From the IMG/VR virus record IMGVR_UViG_3300034355_001150, positions 1-64,000 of that record: a DNA stretch of 64,000 bases; one strand, 5' to 3'. This document shows positions 48,601 to 56,019 of this stretch, piece by piece (the stretch's first letter is position 1; each line of letters starts with the position of its first letter). The notes beneath the pieces are model-generated. The model had not been told where the DNA came from, did not search any database, and worked only from the letters and a program-made list of their open reading frames with translations. The stretch is from a virus. Both the position numbers and the translations under genes were made by a program.

Positions 48601-51149
48601 CATCAGTAATTCAATCTACCATGAATGCCACAGTGAGTGGCACCACGCTAACTGTTAATTCGTATTCCGGCAATGATCCTGTTGTTGGTATGTATATGAA
48701 TTTCAATGGCGCAAATCCTGGTGTTTGGATTGCAAATAATATCAGCGGCAATGGCGTCGGCTCAACGTGGCAATTAAGTTCGGCTGTTACAGCCGCAACG
48801 TACACCAATACGGTCGGTAGAATTTGGACAGTAGAACCATCACAAACCACAAGCAATGTCACACTAACCGGTGTTGCATACTCATTGAATAATTCACTTA
48901 ATGCCAATGTAGGTAACATCAGCAATGTCGTCGTAACATCTGGACAAGGTGCTCTTTCTGTTGCCATCGGTTATCAAGCCGGCGCGAATACACAAGGTAA
49001 TATTGCTGTCGCTATCGGTTACCGAACTGCTGCTACTTTACAAAGTCAAGGTGCTGTTGCTATTGGGCAAGATGCTGGTAGCAATAGACAATCGTCGTCG
49101 GCAGTTGCCATTGGCACAAATGCTGGATCAAATACACAAGGACAAAACTCTGTTGCCGTCGGCCCAAGTGCTGGTTTATCTGGTCAGGCTCAAAACGCGG
49201 TTGCAGTAGGTGTCATCGCAGGCTCTACCGGACAAGGAGCACAATGTGTTGCTGTTGGCTATTACGCCGGTGCCACCACTCAAGGAACATCGGCAGTTGC
49301 TATTGGTCAATCTGCTGGGCAAACCACTCAGGGCACAAACGCGGTTGCTATCGGTATTAACGCTGGTAGTGGTTCTCAAGGAACACAAGCGGTTGCTGTC
49401 GGTCAATCTGCTGGGCAGACTACTCAAGGTGTAAGCGCGGTTGCTGTTGGTGTTAACGCAGGCTCTACCGGACAAGGAGCGCAATGTGTTGCTGTTGGTG
49501 TTAACGCTGGTCTGTCCACTCAAGGAACACAGTCGGTTGCAATCGGCGCTGGCGCTGGTCAAACAACACAGGGAACACAATCGGTTGCTGTTGGCGGAGC
49601 TGCTGGTCAATCCTTACAAAAAAATAACACGGTAGCAGTTGGGTATTTCGCTGGCCAAATATCACAATGGGCTAATAGTACAGCATTGGGTCATTACGCT
49701 GGTCAACATTCTCAACGACCCGGTGCCGTCGCCATTGGTGCACAAGCAGGAATGGGCATTCAAGGAGCATTTACCAACTCTGGTACTATTGCTGGAAATG
49801 TATTCTCGATTGCCGGTAATGCCGCCAACGTGTCTGGTACTTTTGCAGTGGGTCAAACACTATTCGGAACTAATGTCCCAAATGATACCTACATCACTGC
49901 TTTGGGAACCGGCACCGGTAATGCTGGCACTTACTTCCTAAACACCAATACTGGCAATATTGTTGCCAATACTCAAGTATGGGCATACACAGGACAAGGT
50001 AATAGTGCCATCGCTATCGGCAATATTGCTGCCCCGTATAATCAAGGCGGAAACGCTATCGCCATTGGTAATTCGGTTGCACGATTCAATCAAGGCAACG
50101 CTGCTATTGCTATTGGTAATAATACTGCCAACAGCCAAGGAACAGGCTCTATTGCTATTGGTTCAAATGCTGTTGCTAATGCACAATTTGCAAACTCTAT
50201 CGTAATCAATGCTTCTGGTAATGCAATCGTAGCATCAAACGTGGGATTGTATATCAATCCTGTGAGAAATGATCTCGGAAATCTTGCTAATGCGGTTTAT
50301 TACAATACATCAACAAGAGAACTAACCTATGGTCCATCATCTCTTGCATCAACCGATTACATCCACGTTGTTCGCACTACCATCCAATCATGGAACTCGA
50401 CAAATGCTGCTGTATTATTTAATTCAACAGTAGCCACTAATAGTAGTATACCATATAACTCAAGCACTGGTGTGTTCACACTATCAGCCAACAAAACCTA
50501 TCGCTTAACTGCTGGTATTCCGTTAGACGCAGCGGGTGGATATAATTCCTACCAATGGCAATATAGTGGCAACACTACTCCTATCAGCACAGCCACAGGA
50601 ATGGCCGCTACTACTTCTTATGGAGCAAGCACCATCGAAGTGATATTTACATCAACCACTGATACTACTGTAGCATTGAAAAGCCTCATGTCGTCGGGTA
50701 GTACCATATACGGTGGCGCATGGGCGGTTGTTCAACAAATTGGCGCAAGTGCGGTAACAAATAATCTTACCATTACTGGTGGATTATTTGCCAATACTAT
50801 CGGAGGCACTGCTGCTAATGCCGGTATGGCTTTCAGCAACTACAAAGATGTAGTAAATAGCCCCGCCTTCGTTGCCTCGTATGCTCCCGATGTCAGCACT
50901 GGTTCAGTATTCAGAATGACATTGACCAACAACATCACTATCAATGGTTTTGGCGGTACTCCACAAGCTGGTCAAAGTGCAACATTGATCTTGACACAAG
51001 ATGCAACGGGCAATAGGACTTTAAGTTCAACCATGAAGTTTGCTGGTGGCAACAAAACTCTCAGCACAGCAGCAAATGCGATAGATATGTTATTCATCTT
51101 CTATGATGGCACAACATATTATGCAAGTCTGACAAAGGGGTATCAATAA
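42651..51149 (+). CDS. Giant (2832 aa) tail fibre: Mtd_N, Asn coiled coil, beta-helix and YadA-head-like arrays
   Basis: EIQLRRDTSNNW...LLAQGEIG; IANTNANV heptads; GNISGNNLSI repeats; AVAIG arrays; C-terminal LILTQDATGNRTL...YDGTTYYA domain. Confidence 0.9.
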   Translation: MASEIQLRRDTSNNWIAINPLLAQGEIGIDLTTNQIKIGTGVDNWVDLPYFGGGNGTGGYGNSNVEAFLASARVSNIIPDGNAIYSLGNATNQWKDLWISSNTIYMNTIPISLTNTNDLTVNGNPVVTANSAANGATNVNAISVSGNLSAQEATIANTTISNGNITANYFIGDGSLLTGLPAGYANSDAANYFASGNVTTNVITSGNIAAGYFIGDGSQLTGLPAGYANSNVADYFASGNVTTDVITSGNVTANYFLGNIAFASGGYSNTDVAAYLANNTGGEIVSNVIVSNTVTTTDIIANGEISTTGVVISNGNITIGETLTSNSVVSNIFVGGDFSGDGGNLSNIQYSSIVGAYGDSNVALYLESGNLSTEIVSTNSITAAQFFGDGYNLSNLNLANATGGYGNSDVANYLPTDSTIIAINSNIANTDANVANIIVDIANTNANVANTDSNVANIIVDIANTNSNVANIVIDIANTNANVANTDSNVANIIVDIANTNSNVANTDSNVANIVLNIANTNANVANTDSNVANIILSIANTNANVTNVSANVANTDSNVANIIVDIANTNSNVANTDSNVANNASNILTLQGQVYSNVNAAAYLANANTQGTIYSGDLTIGAGNTLAFAEGGSVDSVTAAGFEGTLTINGKANRGISVTAGGTVPGASYSQLQWVEDIANYDPYGAPNSITNWVYVQNDGIYLQNIDTLNSPGYDYLWKFAVDGNLTSPGNIINDGDIYANAYYGDGGFLSNITSSYQDANVVALLQSGNISTPIVTTNAITGNTVTSTSTITAVDANIANTVIANLFIGDFQGNISGNLSVPGANTQVLFNDNDVAGADVGFTYDSATKTATVGNTVAAVNVVTSGQVFSTGNITSNSTVIANTLSVGANSIAIVDNLIKTASQTITIDPIGDGSAAGNVVIQGNLQVTGNLTYVDVSTAVTSNLLWQAANSANSQSEASGGGLAVGPGNTAYATWTYNSGGNSWVSNLPIKATGGANIAGPLTGATTGSFANTVTAGAFSGNGAALTSITGAAVTGQVSNAIIAGTVYTAAQPNITSVGNLTSLVVSGTANAVDINASGNIAVTGNLSVNHVVAAGNLSVSGTLTGNNANFSNTVTAAYFSGDGSNLVNVPIASRLANGTSNVSIPIANGNITMAVNGTPIVNLSSTSIAIGAGINTIQQVSGAVAVGDGAGASNQQANAIAIGVGAGAASQGNNAVAIGAGSGGTNQAENSVAIGSRAHASNAAIVLNASGTIQNGQNAGFYVNPVRNDQSNIAQAVTYNVTSKEITYSNTINLAGNISGGNLNSIGIANVVGNINSGSWLNANGANIQGNVIVYDTVNSGGVSTGVLATSGNASIGNNITVASNAVVTGNISGNNLSISNNVAIAGNETIGGNATVTGNISGNNLSISNNVAITGNETITGNTVVTGNISGNNLSISNNVAITGNTVVTGNISGNNLSITGNETITGNTVVTGNISGNNLSISNSVAVTGNTVVTGNISGNNLSISNSVAVTGNTVVTGNISGNNLSISNNVAITGNETITGNTVVTGNITGNNFIGNSMAITGNISANNFIGNLANGTTNVSIMGTNGNITMTVAGTPSFTLNNNSIAIGNSAALTSQGVSAIAIGTSAGRTSQGNSTVAVGQSAGNSSQGIAAVAVGFQAGFTSQSTNAVAIGSYAGNVTQGVNAIAVGVGSGANTQGSNSVAIGAFAGNISQGTSAVAIGLNAGTNAQGAGTIAIGNQAGNSSQSTSAIAVGQLAGSNAQGIAAVAVGFQAGFTGQSTNAIAIGSYAGNSTQATSGIAIGTNSGANTQSANSIAIGTNAANNTQGINSVALGASAASNVQLANAVAIGTQAGNNMQQTNSIAMGTQAANINQGTNSVAIGTEAAGLSARYTANNIMFANSTMSVFGTQSGNITTTLLVAGNGVAANTRVSAVNTTINPNSTITGTTLTVKGTVQIAYLDNDYVVTGNGVAANTRVTSVIQSTMNATVSGTTLTVNSYSGNDPVVGMYMNFNGANPGVWIANNISGNGVGSTWQLSSAVTAATYTNTVGRIWTVEPSQTTSNVTLTGVAYSLNNSLNANVGNISNVVVTSGQGALSVAIGYQAGANTQGNIAVAIGYRTAATLQSQGAVAIGQDAGSNRQSSSAVAIGTNAGSNTQGQNSVAVGPSAGLSGQAQNAVAVGVIAGSTGQGAQCVAVGYYAGATTQGTSAVAIGQSAGQTTQGTNAVAIGINAGSGSQGTQAVAVGQSAGQTTQGVSAVAVGVNAGSTGQGAQCVAVGVNAGLSTQGTQSVAIGAGAGQTTQGTQSVAVGGAAGQSLQKNNTVAVGYFAGQISQWANSTALGHYAGQHSQRPGAVAIGAQAGMGIQGAFTNSGTIAGNVFSIAGNAANVSGTFAVGQTLFGTNVPNDTYITALGTGTGNAGTYFLNTNTGNIVANTQVWAYTGQGNSAIAIGNIAAPYNQGGNAIAIGNSVARFNQGNAAIAIGNNTANSQGTGSIAIGSNAVANAQFANSIVINASGNAIVASNVGLYINPVRNDLGNLANAVYYNTSTRELTYGPSSLASTDYIHVVRTTIQSWNSTNAAVLFNSTVATNSSIPYNSSTGVFTLSANKTYRLTAGIPLDAAGGYNSYQWQYSGNTTPISTATGMAATTSYGASTIEVIFTSTTDTTVALKSLMSSGSTIYGGAWAVVQQIGASAVTNNLTITGGLFANTIGGTAANAGMAFSNYKDVVNSPAFVASYAPDVSTGSVFRMTLTNNITINGFGGTPQAGQSATLILTQDATGNRTLSSTMKFAGGNKTLSTAANAIDMLFIFYDGTTYYASLTKGYQ
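43915..44410 (+). repeat. Heptad (21-bp) repeat coiled-coil region
   Basis: (I/V)ANTNxN, VANTDSN and VANIIVD heptads. Confidence 0.85.
46755..47340 (+). repeat. Beta-helix tandem repeats
   Basis: VVTGNISGNNLSISNNVAITGNETITGNT units repeated about 8 times. Confidence 0.85.
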
Positions 51150-51862
51150 TGTTTTTGCAAAAAATGGCCGCTAATCCTAAAAGGGTGGCGGTCACTGTAA
51201 ATCCACAAACCATATCCGTAACTACAACCACTGGATCACCTGTGGGTTCCGGATATGCAATGTTTTTTCCGGGCAACAACGGATTGAACGAATGCGTATT
51301 CTTAAATGGCACTAATGTACCATTGGCTCAAAATGGATTTACATTTGGAACAGGCAATTTTACTATGGAGTGTTGGTTTAACCCAACAAGACTTAATATC
51401 GGCAGTTTTGGTTACCTCATGGAGATACCCGGCGGCGGTCCTACGCTCTTTTTGCAAGCATCTGATTCCAAATTGTGTATGGGCCAAGCTGGCGTAGGTT
51501 GGATTTATACGGGATCAGTACCCAGTATAAACACTTGGTATAACTTTTGTGTATGCAGAGCGAGCGGCACTCTGAGAACATTCTTAAATGGCACCATTGT
51601 TCAAAGTATTTCAGCGAGTAATGTATTCAGTCAAGGAGCATCATCTCCAAACGCATTCATTGGTGGCGGATTTCCGGGAGGAAGTAGTCCCGCGTGTGGG
51701 TTTACTGGTTTCATCTGTGAGGCAAGAATCAGCAACATTGCGAGATATACTGCAAATTACACACCACAAACGACACCTTTTGTTAATGATACAAATACTC
51801 TTTTGTTGGTGCATGGCGATAATACCAACGGATCATTGGCAATATCAGATGATAATACATAA
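51149..51862 (+). CDS. LamG/ConA-like fibre-tip protein
   Basis: TAATG overlap with the fibre gene; FGTGNFTMECW, RISNIARY, LLLVHGD. Confidence 0.85.
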   Translation: MFLQKMAANPKRVAVTVNPQTISVTTTTGSPVGSGYAMFFPGNNGLNECVFLNGTNVPLAQNGFTFGTGNFTMECWFNPTRLNIGSFGYLMEIPGGGPTLFLQASDSKLCMGQAGVGWIYTGSVPSINTWYNFCVCRASGTLRTFLNGTIVQSISASNVFSQGASSPNAFIGGGFPGGSSPACGFTGFICEARISNIARYTANYTPQTTPFVNDTNTLLLVHGDNTNGSLAISDDNT

Positions 51863-51863
51863 T

Positions 51864-51895
51864 GTAGCGAGTTAATCCAGATAATTAACTCGCTA
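51864..51895. terminator. Hairpin between convergent genes
   Basis: TAGCGAGTTAAT/ATTAACTCGCTA inverted repeat. Confidence 0.6.
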
Positions 51896-51904
51896 TAGCT
51901 TCGT

Positions 51905-52393
51905 TCAGTGATTGCCGGCAGGAATATAATTGTATGGACCATCGTAGCGAGGATCATAATATGATGGTGCGGCATCATAGTAATCACCACCATAATAATC
52001 ACCATCATCGCATTCTGATTCTTCCGGAAAACAAAAGTTTTCAAACTCAGATTCAGAAAAATCACCATTCTGTACACACCGAACGAAATCCCACTCATCC
52101 AAGAATCCATCCCCGATTTGTTCCATAGTGGAGAAGTCACGAACACATAGATTATTATCAATCTCGGTCAGTTCATAGCCATCGCTATCATCAAATGGTT
52201 TTGCAATATCACAATCTGCATCAAGCGCGGCCTGAGCTTTTGCTTCACTACTGAACCAATCAATATAACCATACTTAGGTTCAATGAAGAACTCAAGAGT
52301 GTCCATGTCACCAACAGTGTACAGATAACCCCAATCCAGCCCCTTACGATTTCTTACGCCAGTGATATGCTTTACTTTGATTACGCTTTTCAT
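51905..52393 (-). CDS. Hypothetical acidic early protein
   Basis: AGGGG SD after an early promoter. Confidence 0.75.
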   Translation of the reverse strand: MKSVIKVKHITGVRNRKGLDWGYLYTVGDMDTLEFFIEPKYGYIDWFSSEAKAQAALDADCDIAKPFDDSDGYELTEIDNNLCVRDFSTMEQIGDGFLDEWDFVRCVQNGDFSESEFENFCFPEESECDDGDYYGGDYYDAAPSYYDPRYDGPYNYIPAGNH

Positions 52394-52424
52394 GATTTTT
52401 CCCCTGATTGAGTTGATGGAGAGT

Positions 52425-52452
52425 ATTATACAGAAAGATTTAAGATTGTCAA
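52425..52452 (-). promoter_or_regulatory. Early promoter
   Basis: TTGACA-N16-TATAAT. Confidence 0.8.
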
Positions 52453-52737
52453 CTACTTTGACATGTATTTTTTAAATTGCTTATCCAACTTTTCCTGATC
52501 GGTGGTCTTGCCGTTTCTGCTTTCCAACCAGCACACTCTATCTTGCAATGCCTTAACCATTGATTCCAATTGCGCCACTCTGGCCACCGTATTTCGTTGA
52601 GCATCAACGGTGGATTTAGCGAATTGCTGTTGTAAATCAGAAGATACTATCACTTGTTGAGTTAATCCATTAACTGCCGATTGACTTGCACATCCACTCA
52701 TTATCATCAATCCAACTACTGCTACTATCTTTTTCAC
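52453..52737 (-). CDS. Lpp/OprI-like coiled-coil lipoprotein
   Basis: GTG start after GAGG; lipobox MSGC; coiled coil; C-terminus KLDKQFKKYMSK. Confidence 0.7.
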   Translation of the reverse strand: MKKIVAVVGLMIMSGCASQSAVNGLTQQVIVSSDLQQQFAKSTVDAQRNTVARVAQLESMVKALQDRVCWLESRNGKTTDQEKLDKQFKKYMSK

Positions 52738-52738
52738 C

Positions 52739-52855
52739 TTACCATCCTCTTTTGTTATGTTTAACTTTTCTTTGATAATCGTTTTTACGGTCACGGTGAG
52801 TTGCCGCTTTATTTACTTCTCGGGCATATTTTGCTACTAAGTTATTTGCTTTCAT
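52739..52855 (-). CDS. 38-aa basic peptide, ArfA-like (not in the ORF track)
   Basis: MKANNLVAKYAREVNKAATHRDRKNDYQRKVKHNKRGW; first gene after an early promoter. Confidence 0.65.
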   Translation of the reverse strand: MKANNLVAKYAREVNKAATHRDRKNDYQRKVKHNKRGW

Positions 52856-52883
52856 GTTTATTTCTCTCGTTGGTATGGCGAGT

Positions 52884-52911
52884 ATTATACAGAATGATTT
52901 GAGAATGTCAA
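52884..52911 (-). promoter_or_regulatory. Early promoter
   Basis: TTGACA-N16-TATAAT. Confidence 0.8.
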
Positions 52912-52926
52912 CTGTTTTTGCAAAAA

Positions 52927-54879
52927 TTATCGTTGTTGTTTTTCTTGTTCTACTGCTCTTTTCACTTCGTCTCGTAATTCTGGTGGCACATCATACAACG
53001 CTATGTCCTTTTGATTAACAGCGATTTTGCATAGCTCTGGTGTTCTCAGTTCTTCTGGCACTGCTCCCAACGCCTCGCCATTTTGACTAACAGCGATTTT
53101 GCATAGCTCTGGTGTTCTTAATTCTTCTGGCACATAATGCAACGCTATGCCCCTTTGATTAACAGCGATTTTGCATAGTGATGGTGTTCTTAGTTGTTTC
53201 GGGTGTTCTGGCACATAGTCCAACGCCAAACCATTTTGTCTAACAGCGATGTTACATAGATCGGGTGTTCTTAGTTCAGGAGGCCATATTTGTGCCAACG
53301 CCTTGCCATTTTGACTAACAGCGATTTTGCATATATCTGCATATTCTGGCAAATTTGTTGGTACGATTTTCAGTATCTCGCTATCTTGTCTGACTGCGGC
53401 TTTGCATATTTCCGAGTATTCCGGTAAATCGCGTGGCATCTGGATCAACACCTTGGGATTTTGACTAACAGCGATTTTGCATATATCTGCATATTCTGGC
53501 AATTCTGGTGGCACGTATCTCCACATCTCTCCTTTTTGACTAACTGCCATTTCGCACAATTCCGGCGTCCTTGAATCGATTGGTATATATACCAACGCAT
53601 TGCCATCTTGACTAATAGCGATTTTACATAGTTTGGTATAACCAGTAGTAGATGGTTGAATGAACTCTAGATTTTTGTAATACGATTGCACCAATCCTTC
53701 CAAAATTTCAAAATTTCTTCGTATATCTCTATTTGCTTGAGATATAAGTAATTCGGGATCTCTTTTCAGCACATTCAATATCACGTCTTTATATCTCTCA
53801 ATCATATTACTCGGAACATTCAGCGATAATTCCGGGTCTGCTTGAATCGCTTTGTCCCATGCCGCGGGATCATTAGTGTATTCACCGGTATTTGGATCAA
53901 TCAGATATTGTAAGCCAGGTGATAGACCCGATATCTCATTGATGTACATTTTTCTTACCCAGGCCGGTGCTCGTAGTGCTTGATTGGGACTTACTTTAAT
54001 TTGATCGCTTATCAAATTAGGTTTTTTATTTTGAATTACTTGTAGGTTTTCATCTGATAGGTCAAATACCGAGAAGTTATTGTCGGCTAAGTAACCACCA
54101 CCCTCAATTCCTTTTACCTTGTCGCTTAGTAATAAACTCATGATCTGAGGATGAAGCTTTTCTGATGGCTTTTGGTTATTATATGCCTTCATCTCTCCTA
54201 AATTGCCATTAGGTTCAAGCACGAATGTAAGCAATACCTGACCGTTTTTCCTCAAGCTCAGTATTCGCTGATTTGGGTTGCTTTTTCCAGTTACATTACC
54301 ACAATGCTTGCCGTGCTTGCCTTCTCTGTCGCAATAGGCCCTGTCGACCCACCACCAAGCAGAGCCATCAGGGAATTTCATCAATTCATAGTCGCCTTCT
54401 TGTGGTTCTATTGGTGGCAAATTACGCTTAGACTGTTTCTCGCTCCAATCTTGTTCTATTGATTGCAAATCATTGATAATTTCATCATAAGACTTCTTAC
54501 CGAATTGATACTGATCAATCGCCGGTATATTAAACCCAAAGAAGTGTCCGAGATCATTCTGAATTTCTTTTATATCAGGTACTTGTTTTCCTGCTTGTTG
54601 ATCAACAAGCATATTGCCGACATTCTTCATATACCAAACGATTTTTTCGTCTTTTTTGAGCGTAGCCTTTGCCCACTTGAGTTGATCTGTGATTTCTTGT
54701 TGGAAATCGGGATACTTAGCCTTCATCGAGGCAATCATACCATCATAACTGGCTTCAGTGAGATTCACTTCTTCGTATATCTTCTTGCTGGATTCTAACA
54801 CGAACTGATGAAACAACTGATAAGCAGTTGTTTCATCATCATTCATTAGTGATTCAAGGATTTTGGAAAAGTGTGACAT
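52927..54879 (-). CDS. Late protein with putative head-targeting N-terminus and DUF4116-like helical repeats
   Basis: GATAAATA at 54902-54909; C-terminal ~25-aa ELRTPELCKIAVSQNGxAL.YVP repeats. Confidence 0.8.
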   Translation of the reverse strand: MSHFSKILESLMNDDETTAYQLFHQFVLESSKKIYEEVNLTEASYDGMIASMKAKYPDFQQEITDQLKWAKATLKKDEKIVWYMKNVGNMLVDQQAGKQVPDIKEIQNDLGHFFGFNIPAIDQYQFGKKSYDEIINDLQSIEQDWSEKQSKRNLPPIEPQEGDYELMKFPDGSAWWWVDRAYCDREGKHGKHCGNVTGKSNPNQRILSLRKNGQVLLTFVLEPNGNLGEMKAYNNQKPSEKLHPQIMSLLLSDKVKGIEGGGYLADNNFSVFDLSDENLQVIQNKKPNLISDQIKVSPNQALRAPAWVRKMYINEISGLSPGLQYLIDPNTGEYTNDPAAWDKAIQADPELSLNVPSNMIERYKDVILNVLKRDPELLISQANRDIRRNFEILEGLVQSYYKNLEFIQPSTTGYTKLCKIAISQDGNALVYIPIDSRTPELCEMAVSQKGEMWRYVPPELPEYADICKIAVSQNPKVLIQMPRDLPEYSEICKAAVRQDSEILKIVPTNLPEYADICKIAVSQNGKALAQIWPPELRTPDLCNIAVRQNGLALDYVPEHPKQLRTPSLCKIAVNQRGIALHYVPEELRTPELCKIAVSQNGEALGAVPEELRTPELCKIAVNQKDIALYDVPPELRDEVKRAVEQEKQQR

Positions 54880-54885
54880 AATAAT

Positions 54886-55779
54886 TCATATAATAATGAA
54901 GTATTTATCTGAAACCTCAAATTTCTTCAGAACAAGGCGCTCACCTTTCGCATTAGCTTCACCAATCATACCTTCATCTGCCATCAGATTCACCAAGGCA
55001 TGAACATACTTATCATTAAGGCGAAATTTCTTCTTCAGAATGTCATTAGTGATCTTCTTTTGGTGCAAAGTAAAGGTAGCTACCTTAAACCAAATCTTAT
55101 CATCAGCATAACCTAACGTATGAACGTATGCCTTTATAAGAAGATTTCTATACTGATCGTCTTTTCTTTTATTCTTGATCCAATCATTGTAAAAATCAAG
55201 TGCCATTGCAATCAGAATAGTGCTTACAACGATAGTACCGATAATACCACCCAGATGAAGGTAAACAAATTTAAGAATTATCACAATAAGAGCTACAAGA
55301 AGCACTGGAACAAAAAATGATGCAGCAGCGCCAACCAGTCCACCCACTATCATATCTGATATAAATCCACCACCGTGGTGTGCATCAGCAAAAACGCCAT
55401 AAATCATTCCGATAATTGTAAAAGGAATAATAGTAATTCCAGTGAATATACTACCCTGAGGAACCCACTCTCTGTTTGATGTAGAAGAAGAAACACTTGA
55501 GGTAATTGACGAAACAGAATTGGAAACACTTGAGGTAATTGACGAAACAGAATTGGAAACACTTGACGATGAACCTGCTAATGAAGATTTTGATCTCGAA
55601 GCGATATCGGAAAGTCCTTCAGAGGTAAGATCATAGCCTTGCATAAGAAAAATTGATCCTTTGCCATAAGTAGCTTCGGCAATAGATGTTGCCATGCTCG
55701 TATTAAGAGCATCAATTTTTACATTAAAGGGATATTGACCATGAAGACGAATGGTAGCAAGAAATGAAGACATTGACAT
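54886..55779 (-). CDS. Early membrane protein with C-terminal FtsK-gamma-like winged helix
   Basis: Several hydrophobic helices; LKKKFRL....HALVNLMADEGMIGEANAKGERLVL resembles FtsK gamma. Confidence 0.65.
   Translation of the reverse strand: MSMSSFLATIRLHGQYPFNVKIDALNTSMATSIAEATYGKGSIFLMQGYDLTSEGLSDIASRSKSSLAGSSSSVSNSVSSITSSVSNSVSSITSSVSSSTSNREWVPQGSIFTGITIIPFTIIGMIYGVFADAHHGGGFISDMIVGGLVGAAASFFVPVLLVALIVIILKFVYLHLGGIIGTIVVSTILIAMALDFYNDWIKNKRKDDQYRNLLIKAYVHTLGYADDKIWFKVATFTLHQKKITNDILKKKFRLNDKYVHALVNLMADEGMIGEANAKGERLVLKKFEVSDKYFIII
55490..55566. repeat. 33-bp tandem repeat, about 2.3 copies (SSVSNSVSSIT linker)
   Basis: gaaacacttgaggtaattgacgaaacagaattg repeated. Confidence 0.9.
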
Positions 55780-55812
55780 GATTTTTATCTCTCGTTGGTT
55801 GGTATGGAGAGT

Positions 55813-55840
55813 ATTATACAGAAAGATTCAGGAAAGTCAA
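55813..55840 (-). promoter_or_regulatory. Early promoter
   Basis: TTGACT-N16-TATAAT. Confidence 0.75.
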
Positions 55841-55859
55841 ATGTTTTTTATGAGAGAAG

Positions 55860-56015
55860 GATGAACGCAATAGTTCATTATAATGGAGAAATTGTGGTAG
55901 TAGGTTCAGAGATGAGCGTAGCTCATCTGATGATTGGTTAGCACCAATCATCTTTTTTCTTACACGATTAAAAGATAAATTCTTGTTTAATAAGAATATT
56001 ATTGTTGAATAATGA
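55860..56015. other. AT-rich palindrome/hairpin cluster
   Basis: AGATGAGC-GTA-GCTCATCT, GATGATTGGT-TAGC-ACCAATCATC, TTCTT-GTTTAAT-AAGAA, ATTATT-GTTG-AATAAT. Confidence 0.6.
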
Positions 56016-56019
56016 TGGA

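Noticed and set aside
16517-50205. Many antisense and alternate-frame ORFs inside fibre genes
   Set aside because: Shadow frames caused by repetitive codon usage; no independent SD or promoter support.
14803-51862. DGR target inferred from Mtd_N domains
   Set aside because: Only the N-terminal assembly domain is shared with Mtd; I see no C-type lectin variable repeat, template repeat or RT.
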